Below are positions 13,909 to 28,550 of a DNA stretch of 64,000 nucleotides, piece after piece. The stretch is from the human T2T-CHM13v2.0 reference genome, Homo sapiens, in NCBI RefSeq assembly GCF_009914755.1, contig NC_060934.1, one strand, 5' to 3'. How positions within the stretch are numbered: position 1 is the first letter of the stretch; the number at the start of each line of letters is the position of its first letter. Under the pieces are notes generated by a model, which had not been told where the DNA came from, did not search any database, and saw nothing but the letters and a program-made list of their open reading frames with translations. The translations under genes and the position numbers were made by a program.

Positions 13909-14689
13909 TGTGTCCGGAATTGGTTCCTTCTGGTGGCTTCTTGGTCTTGCTCACTTCAGGAGTGAAGCCGCAGACCTTCTCAGTGAGTGTTACAGCTCTT
14001 AAATGTGGTGCATCCAGAGTTATTTGTTCCTCCCCGTGGGTTTGCGGTCTCGCTGACTTCAGGAGTGAAGCCACAAACCCTCACAGTGAGTGTTACAGCT
14101 CATAAAGGTAGTGCAGACCCAAAGAGTGAGCAGCAGCAAGATTTATTGCAAAGAGCTAAACAACAGGCTTCCACAGGGTGGAAGCTGACCCCCAGCTGCC
14201 ACTGCTGGTTCGGGTGGCCAGCTTTTATTCCCTTATTTGGCCCCACCCACATCCTGCTAATTGGTCTATTTTACAGAGTGCTGATTGGTCCATTTTACAG
14301 AGCGCTGATTGTTGCGTTTTTACAGAATGCCAATTGGTGCGTTTACAATCCTTTAGCTAGACATAGAGCGCTGATTGGTGCCACCCACATCCTGCTAATT
14401 GGTCTATTTTACAGAGTGCTGATTGGTCCATTTTACAGAGCGCTGATTGTTGCGTTTTTACAGAATGCCAATTGGTGCGTTTACAATCCTTTAGCTAGAC
14501 GTAGAGTGCTGATTGGTGCGTTTTTACAGAGTGCTGATTGGTGCATTTACAAACCTTTAGCTAGGCACAGAGTGCTGATTGGTGTGTTTTTACAGAGTGC
14601 TGATTGGTGCATTTACAATCCTCTAGCTAGACAGAAAAGTTCTCCAAGTCCCCACTTGACCCAGGAAGTCCAGCTGGCTTCACCTCTCA
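13909..14689 (-). mobile_element. Solo LTR12 (ERV9) LTR, 781 bp
   Basis: TG...CA termini; 4-bp TSD ACTG (13905-13908 and 14690-14693); minus strand begins TGAGAGGTGAAGCCAGCTGGACTTCCTGGG; CCAAT-repeat U3 and 'gacttcaggagtgaagcc'-type U5 repeats. Confidence 0.95.
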
Positions 14690-16211
14690 ACTGGACAAAG
14701 CAGGGGTCCACACATCAGTGGAAACGAAAAGCCCCCAAAGCAACATTTGGTGTTGGGATTTTTGTCCCCACCCTGAGAGTTCCTGATGTTCTTGCTGTGG
14801 GTGAGAGGGGAGAAAGGAGCGCCCTCAGTGGGAGCCAGTGGTTTCTCCCATGGCTGCCCTACCCTGAGAGACAAGGAGGCCCATGTGTCCTCGGAGTTGG
14901 AAGCCCCATGGTGCTGGTGATGTCCCCCATCCTCCCAATAGTCACGACAGATCATATGCATAGGGTAAAACTAAACACACAAATTTGTTGTCCACGGGGT
15001 TCTGAGGCAAGCTGTGCATGTGCACCCGTGGACACCTCCCCTGCACACCTCCCATGGAAGTGACCAGGAGCCCAGAAGCCACACAGAGGCTTGACACAGC
15101 ACCCTGACTCATCAGCCTTCAATGAAAAAGTGTGGCAATTTGGGAGGTAAAAACATGCAGTTTGGGAACGGGAATCTTTTTGAATTAGCATAAATTAGAC
15201 TATTTTAAAATAAATGTTAACAGTTAATTTAGCATTATGTACACTTGCGTTGGAGAGGAGGGCACTTAATATCAAATAAGGAGCTTCCTGCAAAATGCAG
15301 GGTTATTTTTAAGCTCCTACATATTTTTGGGTTTTTTGCAGGGAACACAGATGACATCGTGGGGTTTCACTGCCTTGCTAAAGCTTTTTCACATGAAAAG
15401 CAAACTTTGGAAGGCAAAGCAATTATCATGGAAAAGCAACATCAGAATCATTCCTCAGAAATGTTTCATTTTTCAGAAATGTTAGTGAAATGAGTGTTCT
15501 TTGACAGGAAGACCATATTATTTCAGCACTGGAGCGAGGAGGTGCTGCTGCTTTTGGTCCTATGCCTCCCGAGGAGGCTCAGTTGGCAGCCTGGAGGTGA
15601 AATGGACAGAAAGGGCCTGTGGGTCACAGCTATTTTTTTAATGCTCCTTGGATAAATGTCCCCCCTCCCCAAGGGAGGACTGCCAGGGATTAGAACCAAA
15701 AACTGACAGCTAAAAACGGTGCACTTCCCAAGTACCTCGGTCCTCCTGGCTGAGAAAAGAGATTTGCATGGAATTGTGGGGACTGTGAAGTCATCCTAGG
15801 AAGGGATGACCCAGCAGAGAGCAAACGTGACCTCCAGAGCCCTGCTTCCTGGCAAAGCAACCTGGAATTTTCAAAATCTGTCATGCAGTGAAGACTCAAA
15901 TGCATTAGCCACCTTAGTCCTTCCAGCTGAATTTGTCATCAGAAGTAAAAGGAAAGGAGGGATCCACAGCTGGAACAGGCTCATATTTTAGAAAAGCCAA
16001 AAATGAATTCCAGTATTTGTCTCAGGAAGGACCCTGAGAACTCACAGTGCTCAATGCCCTCAATGTTTAGAGTCTTTATTCATCATAATACTCCATGTGA
16101 GCCTGGGAGGGACAAGATACAGAATGGCCACACAGTAAGCCAAGTCACATAGCTGGTTTGCTATTTGATGACATTTTTAGAGCTCACTTTGGATTAGAAA
16201 TGGACAGTTGA

Positions 16212-17647
<1,436 letters not shown>

Positions 17648-20081
17648 AGAAATGGACAGTTGAAAGGTGGGTCTTTTATTTTTCTTAAGGCTCCAAGCCT
17701 CCTTCACTGGTGTGAAGCACAACTCATAATTAAAAATCAGCAGCAGATTGGACTACTAGGCTGCCACGTTGTTTTTCTCTCTACAAGTGTAACAAAGTAG
17801 CTGGCCAGGCTGCAGTTCCTTTTCTAACAATGGTGTAATTATGAGCCAAAGCCACAGTTACCAAAGGTGATTGTTCATGCTACAGTGCCTTACCAAATTG
17901 TGTACATATTAATTACTCAAAGCTATCATCCTGCCAGTGATTGGAGTAGCCATCCTTTCACATCACCCTCCACGGATAACCATGTTGAAAGAGAGAGAGA
18001 ACCAGTTCTTTCCTTCCTCACCTTTGTGAGGGAAAGGGGAACGCCCAGTTGGCCAAGGTCCAGGGGAAGACAAATACAGTTCTTAACCCAAACAGGCTGC
18101 TTCCGAGTAATCTAAATGTAACCCAGGGCCCCAGAGGACCCAGTCTTTGAGAAAAGCGGACTCAAATGAACAACATTTGAATAGAAAAAAATAATTAAAA
18201 CCAAGGGTCTTGCAGAAATCCACTGAACTTAAGGGCCGGGAAGGAGTAGCAGGTACAGTTCTTAAAAGCCCTACTAGTCAGCTTAAAAACAGGCTTTCTC
18301 CTTTGTGGTCACTATTCATCAATGCACGTAGCAGCTGGGCCTCTCACACTCTGCCCCACTCCCAGTTCCCTCCAAAGCCCTCTGGGAACACTCACCCTTC
18401 CTATTCCAGACATTTCATTTGTTTCTACCTGCCATTCTCCCTGCTTTTGAAGGTAGCTCTCCTCCTCCTTCCAGGACTCAGCTCTTTGTTCCCAGGGTCC
18501 TCCCAGCCTGCCTGAAGCCCATAGAGGGATCAGGCGACCACAGCCCCTTCCTAGGTGAGTATGGACACCCCAGAGGGCTGTGCCTCCAGCACCGTGGTTC
18601 CGGCCACATAGATCATGCCACGTGTGGCGACAGGGAAGAAGAGACGATGCTGTTGGAGGAAGGACTCCATGTCCTTTTCTCCCTTCCTGCATCAGGGGTC
18701 CCTGCTGTCCCTGTGCCCTCCCTTCAGCTAAGCGCCCCCTTCTCCCCCTGAGCATCCGTCTCCTTCACTGGAGCAGCACTCACAGGACCCTCCGCAAATC
18801 CTCACATTCTTACTGGAGCTGGGGAAGCTGAGTGGCCACCCAGCCCGATTTCATTGTGTGCCTTTGCCCCTAGTACCATATCCTCAGAAGCTGTCTGGTC
18901 CTTCCCCAGGTGAAGGGGAAGATGGGATGCAGGGAGCCTCCACCCATATACACTGGAGCTTGGGTCACTCAATGGATGACGCCAATGGATGGAGAGCGTC
19001 ACCAGATGGATGACCAGGAAACCCTCCTTGTCCTTGTCCTGCCCTGGGTGAGACCAGCAGCCACCAGTGCTCCTCCCCTCCTGTTACCAGCAATTTGCCT
19101 TATTCTTATCCTCCAGCCCTAGCAACACCCTCAGTTGGAGAGTGAGTTTGCAGGGCATACGGGCTCCGGTTCCCATTGGTTGAGAGTTGCCTGTGGGGCT
19201 GTTAAGTGCCCCAACCCTCCAGGCTGAGAGAAAGCCTGAGAAGCTTCAGAGAAGCCTTGAGGCAGAAAGCTGAGAGCAAAGGGGCAGTCGGCATGGGTCC
19301 TGTCACTTCTTCAACTGTGCTGAGGTCATAGCTGAGCCAGGGAGCATGGCACGGCATCCTGAGAGTGTCCACTGTACTTGACAAAGACACAGGAGGCAAC
19401 GTCATCAGCCGTAAGCATGGAAGGTGAAGAGGGGGAGGGTCAGCAGGGGTTGTAAAGCACCTGAAAAGAAGAACAGGCATTGAGGTGGCGAGAAAGACCA
19501 GACCCCAGGGTCTGGAGTTGCTAGCAACTGAGGGAGAAGATCAGGAGGTCAGCAGAAGACAAAAAAGTAAGGGATTGCAGATGGGGGAACCGGCTGGGAT
19601 GAGGCATCTGGTGCCAGATATAGCTCAGGGCCAAGTACTGGTAGTGGTGGACATCATTTCTTCATAGGAGCAGGAGGAGGATGGGGGAGGAGTGATCGGG
19701 AGGTGGCAACCAGGAGCAAAGAGGACAAGTACATGTTTAGCATCCCTAGCCCTGACCAGAAGCAAAGAGGACGAGTACCTGTTCAGCACCACCACCCCTA
19801 GCCCTGAGGTATAGGGGATGTGAGAGGAAACGGGGTTTGTTAAAGACGGTTGCAGGGAGTCAGGGTCTGCAGGAGTCAGGCGGCAAAGCAATCCAGGTTC
19901 AGATTAAGGGAGCTGCGGAGGCGGTGGGGAGGGGCTTCCAGAAGGTGGGTGCGGGTGCAGACCCCGAGAGAGCACTGGGCTTCCAAGTCCAGAGCAGCAG
20001 CGGCAGGGCGATGTGTGTCTTTGAGAACGCCTGTTACCACAGGCCAGCCCACAGAGGGAGAGAGTGGGATTGACAATAATT

Positions 20082-20201
20082 GAAGAAGAGAAAGAAGGAA
20101 GAAGGGAGGTAGAGGAAAAAGGAGAGAAGAGGAGAAAGGAAAAGAAGGGAGGAAAGAAGACAGAAGAGAAGAGGAGAGGAGAAAGGACAAGAGAAAAAGA
20201 A
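20082..20201 (+). repeat. GA-rich polypurine low-complexity tract
   Basis: About 120 bp of almost only A and G. Confidence 0.9.
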
Positions 20202-20643
20202 CACCTGGCCCAGCTGTGCAACGGCAGCTCTACCTAATTCACACACTCTGGGGACCTGTCATCGATTTCACCGACTCAGAGGATGCACAGCCAAAGAAAG
20301 AAAAAGAAAGGAAATCCCAGCCAGTGCCCACCGAATGCCCAGGCTTGCCTCTTTCTGACAAGGCTAATTCGCACCCGTCTCTGTCACTTGTTCCCTTCCT
20401 GATAGATTTCTTTGGTGGGGACAGGAAATGCCATCTTGAGTCTGAGGAAATGAAAAACAGAAAAATCTTAAAACTTTAATCACTACCATCAGCTTCCTAG
20501 AGCCCCTTAGTCATGAGCCAAGAAAATTATAATTATAATGTTGGCGAATTATTATTGTACATAAAATACAATAATCCGCATTATTGTTATAGCAGTAATC
20601 GTTCTACTTTTTAAAATACCTTCACCTGTATTATCTCATTGAA

Positions 20644-20938
<295 letters not shown>

Positions 20939-21254
20939 TATCTAATTGAATTTTTATAAATATCTTGCAAATAGATAAGAAGAGTAACATATTTCCTTCC
21001 CATTTCATGGAGGAGGTACTAAAACTTGAAAAGTTCGGGTCCCTGTGGCTGTGGCAAAACCAAGCCCCCAGACTTTCCAGCCAGGCCTCCCATGAGGCTT
21101 AGAACAGGTAATGTCTCATTTAATCTTCTCAACACCCCATCAGGTGGCTGCAGCCTGACATATTCATTTATTCCACATAAGTCCATTTTTTCTAGGTGCT
21201 AGGATAAGGCGATGGGAAAATGCCCATCCAAAAAGCCCTTCACCTTAGGGCTTA

Positions 21255-21420
21255 CGGAGTGGTGAGGACTCCACCTCTGGAACCTGACAGCTCAGTGTAA
21301 ATCCTAGTTCTGCCACTTACCACTTGTGCAAATTATTCACCTTGAGCAAGTTAATGAACCTAAGTCTCATCGTCATTATCAAATCATGATATAAGTCATT
21401 TGAATAATAATATGAATCTA
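21255..21420 (+). mobile_element. MIR
   Basis: 'gtaaatcctagttctgccacttac...cttgagcaagttaatgaacc' MIR core. Confidence 0.6.
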
Positions 21421-22224
21421 TGTCCTGAAGAATGGGATTGATGTGTCAGCTGGTCATTATCCCAGCCAATCAACATGAGCATCCCCTGGCAATTTTTATT
21501 GGTCCAGAGATGGACATGAAACCTACATGGACCCAGTCAGACTGAAGGGAGATTTTTTTTTTTTAATCCTTGGGGAAGAGGTTCTCCTGCTCTTGATGGT
21601 TGTGAGAATGACAGCTTTTGTTCCCAGTCATGACTATGCATGGACCCTGTTGTATAGCTCTCTTGTAATCAGGAGAACCAACCTTAGCACCAGGCTGGCC
21701 CTGTATATAGTCTCTCAGTCACATGCAGTTATACACTACCCTGAAATCTAAGTGGCTTAAAACAACACATATCACTCGCTCTTGCTACCTGATCCGCTGT
21801 ATTCAGCCCTCCTGGAGGAGAAAGGGGAGCTACTCGCTGCAGAAACTCAGTGGCCCAGGCAGACAGAAGCCTCCTCCAACAAGGGGCTTCCACAATCATC
21901 CCAGAGAGGGGAAAAGAACATCCTGTGAACATACCCTCACTCGTAAAGCAGCCTCCCAGAAGTGACCCATGCCATTCTGCTCACACTTCACCGGCTAACT
22001 CAAGTGGCAAGCAGGAGGGTGGTGAAATGCTAGCAGAGAGTGTAGAAATATTGGGTGAGCATGGAGTCGCAAAGCAAAGAGAGCCCGTGTCCCTGATGGC
22101 ACTGCTGAGCTGTGGTCCTCAATTTCCAGTTACTGTATGTGAAATGGTGATTTTGCTTATTCTTTGAGCTGGGTATTTCTTTCTGTGAGGTCGGCATAGC
22201 CATGCCCCCTCTTTCCTGCCCGAC

Positions 22225-22425
22225 TTTAATACTTTGAGTCCTCTCTCTTTTGTTCTTGGTCTGTCTAGCAAAAGGTTTGTCAATTTTGTTGATCTCTTCA
22301 AAGAACCAACTCTTGGTTTTGTTGATTTTCTCTATTGATTTTCTCCTCTATATTTCATTTATTTCTGCTCTCATCTTCATACTTTCCTTCCTTCTGCTTC
22401 CTTTGAGTTTAGTCTGCGCTTCTTT
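22225..22425 (-). mobile_element. L1M ORF2 fragment
   Basis: 'ctagcaaaaggtttgtcaattttgttgatctcttcaaagaaccaactcttgg' is antisense L1 ORF2. Confidence 0.8.
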
Positions 22426-24575
22426 GAGCCATTTGTTGTTTACAGCTGTGAGCATCCTAACTGGTCACCTACCTTGTGGTGGCAGTCAAGAGGCCTAAGT
22501 GATACAACATGCATGGAGCACTCAGCTCTGTGCAGGGCATGGTGAATGGCAGCTGTCATGACTGACATCCAACTCATCATCCACAACCTATGGAGGCAGG
22601 CACTGCCATTTCACTGTGTCTGAGAAGACTGTTCCCCAAGTTCCCAGAGCTCTCTGGGGGAAAAGCTGAGATTTAAACCGGGATTGATTCCCTAAGCTAG
22701 ACCATCCAGGCCCACAGCTTGCCATAGCACCATGTCCTCTGCCTCCCTTGCCTTTGTCTGGGGAGGCGTGTCCCTGAGCGGGAGGACAGCTTCCCCTGCA
22801 GATAGAAGCTGATGGGAGGCTGACGGGAGGGCAGCATCTCTAATGGGCAATGCCCACCGCTGTGGAGTTCCCGACAGTGCTTGCTAACCCATCATTATGT
22901 GTCTTCCCTGGGAACGGTTGCTTGTTCTTCAGGTCACAGTTACACCAAAGACAATTTTCCTCTTAGAACTGCCTTGCCGCCACTGCTCTTATTTCTGCCT
23001 GACAAAGAGCATTAGCGACGGGACAGCGTAATTGGAAGTGACTCTCACCATGGAATCATGTGGGGGTGGTGCTTCTTGATGAAGGAAGACACGTGGATAC
23101 AAAGAACTCTCCTGCCTTTGAGGATGTTGGGGGATTGGCTGAGATGGGACAAGACCCTTATAGGGCCACTACCACCTGTGCTTAACCCAGGCTGGTGAAC
23201 AAAGTCCTCCTCAGGGGTCTGATGGAGCCCAGCCCCATTCATCCTGAAAGTTCTGAGTATGCTGCTGAGTTTCCCAAATTATCCTGAGAAGTAACCTCCA
23301 TATTATGGGTGTTTTCACACTAACAAAATACTGGGGACCCAGTGGGGGCTTTCCTAGTGCTCAGTCATCTTTTTCACTTAGAAAGTGGCCCAGGCTGCCT
23401 CATCGACGCAAGGTCCCCATCAACACACCCACGTGCTGGGTAGTGTTTTACTCGGGACACACGGGCTCCAGTGATGCCTCAGAGCGATCACAAGTCTTTC
23501 TGAGCAGGAGTTAACGTTTCTGAGCTCCAGAATGCCCCTTGTCCCTGCCCATCTTCCTGATGTGCCCCTGCTGCCAGCCAACCTGGGGAACAGCAAGGGA
23601 TGTCCCTACCCCTGCACAGAATAAGGAGAGTGGTTCTCCTCTTCTTCTTTTGTAAGTGAAGATCACAGGGGAGAGGCAGGTGCTCTGAACAACAGCTGAC
23701 GACTCAGGAGACTCACGGCCCTCCTTGCTTAGTTCCCGGGAAATGACAGGGCAGCTTATCTACTGTGACCTTGGGCATCTGAGTGTGTACTTTGTACCTA
23801 TGTGTGGGCACGTGTTGTGTGCACACATGTGTCTGTGTCTCTGTGTGTTGTGTGTGTGTTCATGCATGCAGGGTGCTTTAGAAATAGCTGTTAACAAATA
23901 GCTGTTCCAATGGACAGGCCATTTCTTGACTTCCTGCTTTATGTTCCTCGGTGCACTAGACATTTTCTCCACATTATTAGGCAAGATTATATCCCCTTGA
24001 CAGGAGAAGAAGTGAGCATAGAGCCGGCCCTTCAACCCAGATTAGAGGGGCTTCAAGTTCAGCCCTCCATTCCACCCTGCCCTCCAGCTGTTTCCAGGAG
24101 GTGATACAGTCCATGCTAAACCCAGCTGGGACCCAGTGGCAATTTCAGCCTCCCTCTCCATCCCGCAAGGCCTGGATCCCACACGCAGGGGCATAGCAGA
24201 AGCCCTTTTGCCCTTAGCAGCTCAAAACAGAGAGAAGGCAGAGTGACAGTGCCCAGGAAGGGCATGAATTGGTGATCCATCTCAGCACCACACATGATCC
24301 AGTGGGCTCATAGATGCTTGCCCACGAGGCTGGGCAGACAAGAGCTGGTTCCATCACCTCCTTCCACAGGTACATAGATCCTTCCAAAAACAACCAACCG
24401 GTCTTAAGCATCCCTTTATTGAGAGGACCTGTGCTAAAACAGAGCTGTGGCCCCAGTGAATTATGGGTCAGTGTGGGCAGAGGCCACAGGAGTGGGGTCC
24501 CCCACCTACCCAGTGGGGGCAGCTACATGAGGATGAGCACAGTATTAGGAGCTAAGGCCAGCCATGCCAGCTTAG

Positions 24576-25122
<547 letters not shown>

Positions 25123-27939
25123 AGGCTTCAGTTTTTAAGGATGGAGGCAGACTGCCTTTGGAAACTAGTCAGGGCTCCCCTTAGCTCCTCGCCCCTGGCT
25201 CTTTACACGTTAAGCACTCAACACATAATTGCTGCATGACCAACCCATCACACTAAATTATGAAGGAAAAAAAAAGTCAGCAGAAGCCAATGTCGTCAGC
25301 AACAACAATAAGAAAAAGACCCTCTAAAACATCATCTTTAATATTCGGCTCTCTGCTGAGCATATCAACTTTGGAAACATCCCATACCTATCTTGCTGAA
25401 CTCCTTATAATAAAACTTTAGGCTCCTCAGTAATGAATTTCAGAATCTAAAATATGTCTGTGTTGAGCCCTGCCCTGCCTTGACAGATAAAGTGAGTCTT
25501 ATCAAGGGATATACATTACACAACGTCTTTTGTTTCAGATCTAACACGAATCCATGTGTCCAGGGAAACTCTCTGAAATTCATGGTTCAGAGCCTTTTGT
25601 CTCACAAACTAAGTCATGGTCCAAACTCCAGTTCCTTCCCTCTGCCCATCCTAGAATTTGCTTGTGTGAAGGACTCTTTCTTCAAGACCTGAGAAGATGA
25701 CAGCTTGGTACCAAAGAGCAGGCTGGAAAGACCCAAGAACAGATCCATCCCTGGCCATGGTGAGGGCAGCTGTTCTGGTCAGCGCTAGCTAGGGTCCACA
25801 CACACCACCGTCATCCTCTGACTCCTGATTTCTTTTGAGGGTCTTCTGCAGGGACCCCAGTGGTCCATCTCTCTCTGGTCACATGGCAGGCCTTCAGGAG
25901 GCTCTTCGGGGGTGGTTCAGAATCCTGCAGGGAAAGCTGCCCCCACATAGGCTCAGCACAGAGAAAGAACTCACCCTGCAGTTCAGATGGGCTGGCACTG
26001 ATTCACCAGCTGAGCCCCTCCACAGGCAGACAGGATTCCCTCGTATTCCCCGGTCTCTGATCTCAAGCACCGTTCCTTCCCTCGCAGCCTCCTGAGACCT
26101 GCCTGATCATTAAGTGCACTCTCTGCCCAGCATGAAAGCAGTGCTCTTAGGAAGATGGCAAGCTGTGTCCTCAGATGGTCTTAATAGTCCTAATTTCCAG
26201 GGAAGCTATACATGGTGCTAAGGCTGGATAGTATTTGTCAGTGAGAAAACTGTTTGGTTACTCCAGAGTGTGTATCACTTGATTACTTAAAGGATGAAGT
26301 GTGTGAGATTTTAGCCTCAGGAGGGAAGGGTCTCCCTATCAGGGCAGGCCAGGGGCTAGTCTATCCTACAGCCCTCAGCACCTAGATCTTTGTTCATAGG
26401 GGTGCTTGGTCAAAATGATGAGTAGATGGACGGATGGATGATAAGTGGCTCTGAGCAGCATCTTCCAAAGTGGGCTATGTTGAAAAGGGAGGAAATCTAC
26501 CTTGGGAAATAGAAATAATGAACAGAATAGAAATGCAAGCTTGATTCAAAGAACTACACGGCAGGGCTGCTTTGAAAGCACTTCCTGCTGCTCTTTTTTG
26601 TGCTAGGAGTTAATCCAACCAGGACTTAAAACTTTCCCCAACAGGTAAATGACCCAGGGAGCTACTTCCTCAGGGACTCCATTCCCAGGTGCATGGCAAA
26701 GCTGTTCTTTTCCAGTCTCACCTGCCCAACCACCTGAAGGGATGAGATCATCAGAGCACAGAAAGTTTGATTTGGGGATAGTGAGTCCGCGTGAACCATT
26801 GGCTTTAAATAAAAGCATCTTTTGGCTACAAATATATTTCTGGAAATCCACATGTAAAGCAAATCTGGGTGAATCAAACCAAATCTTGTCATGAGAAATA
26901 ATGGTAAATGGAGCGTTATAGGGACATCCCTCAAACTCGCAGACATGCCTGCATGTATTTTCCTGGCTTATTTCAATATAATGAATAATTCATTGCAGAG
27001 TAAACCAAGAATTAGAACCTAGAAAAGAGGAATGTAGACAAATTTCTACAAAATAAGAAAAGAAGATGCACATATGATGGCACCACCCATTTGTACAAGT
27101 GTGTGGGGCTGTGTCAGGAGGGTTGTGAAGAGTATACAGGAGGGAGCAGATTATGGCAGAGGATGAGGGAGGATAGAGGGAGGGAAGGTGGACAAAGGAG
27201 AGAGATGAGGACAGGATGGTGCAGGGGAGAGAGAAGGGAGGGCAAGGTGTAGGAGTTCTGATGATCTCTTCCCTTCAGGTGTGTAGGGGCAGGTGAGACC
27301 AGGTAAGTGGGGGCCACCATTTGTGGTAGATGGTGACGACATTAAACATGATGAAGAGGTTACTTTATAGTATTACTTCTTGTTGCCTTCAAAGACTTCT
27401 TCAGCTTCCAAAAAAACAACAAATGTGCTGCTCCCTCCATGTTGGTTCTAGAATTATGGCTCACAGTGCAGTCTCAGGGTTGCTCAAGACATGCCTGATG
27501 GCTGCAGAATGTTTGCAGTAAAAAATCTAATTTCTTTTTTGTAGAGATCTCTGGAAGATAGAGGTAGCTTCTAGAGACAGCAGTTCTCTCCATGCTGATT
27601 CTTCTTTTAGCCTCTTTTCTTGGCTAATATTACCAACTTAGCCTCCCAAATATATTTTCACCAATTTATTTTTCCAAGTGACTTTGAGGATAATTTGGTC
27701 AATGTATTGGAAAGGAAAAGGTATTCACTAATTTCCTATCATTGAACTGTAATTTTATTTCTACAAATGCCTTCCTTGGTCATGAAGTAGTATTCGTATT
27801 CATTTAATAAAGTTACAGATTCCACTTGCTAATATTATCACTAGAATTTTTAATTTCACCTTCATAAAGGAGATTTGTTTGTAGTTTTATTCTGGGTGAA
27901 ATGTGGGCTGTTGGTTTCACATTTTGGTATTAGGACCAT

Positions 27940-28550
27940 TGTGTGACTTTATAATATGTTAATTTGGCCTGGCTGAACTAAGGTTAGGCTGAACCAATTC
28001 CTCAAATTTCCTATTCTGTAGTTTTGAGCTAGGCTGGACCACAGACATTTTTGTATGAGATGTAATGAGGCCACAGCCATTTTTATTTGTCCACGTGGAT
28101 GGTCAGGGCAGGTGCTTTTGGAGTTCACATGCTGTCACTTGTCTGTTGATTCACCTCATTGGCACAGGGCAGCAGCTGGACCAGCAACTGCTCCACCCTC
28201 CCTCAAACCTTCCTTGGGTTCTCTGACTCCAGGGCCAGTTGTGTGCTTAGTCTCTCCATGCATTTTACCAAGAGAAAAGGCAGTGGGACTGTCACAGGCT
28301 CTCGTCTGTCCTCATGGGTTTGATCCAGCTTGTGCCCAGGAACTCCAGCTCATGTTTGCTTTACTCCATTTGATATCTGTGCTCCCTTCCCAACTGCCTG
28401 CCCTGTGGACTTGAAGCTCCACCACCAGACACAACCATAATACAGACACAATTCAGTCAGCTCTCACAGACACCCGATAAAGTCAGATCCTTTTAGATAT
28501 GTTCCAGTGGCTCTAATCTGCTTCTTTAATTGAACCCTAATGGATACAGC
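27940..28550 (+). mobile_element. ERVL-class LTR (LTR52/MLT2F-like; name tentative)
   Basis: 'tgtgtgactttataatatgttaatttggcctggctgaacta' start and 'tgaaccctaatggataca' end, directly followed by internal sequence. Confidence 0.55.

Noticed and set aside
14243-14640. Regularly spaced repeats resembling a CRISPR array
   Set aside because: These are ERV9 LTR U3 repeats in eukaryotic DNA, with no unique spacers or cas genes.
13987-15063. 358-aa ORF, the longest in the window
   Set aside because: Antisense to LTR12 with a non-ATG start; its repeated peptide comes from the CCAAT repeats and the 138-bp duplication.
19837-20479. Cluster of overlapping ORFs around the GA-rich tract
   Set aside because: Low-complexity sequence lacks stop codons; the peptides are compositionally biased and unrecognisable.
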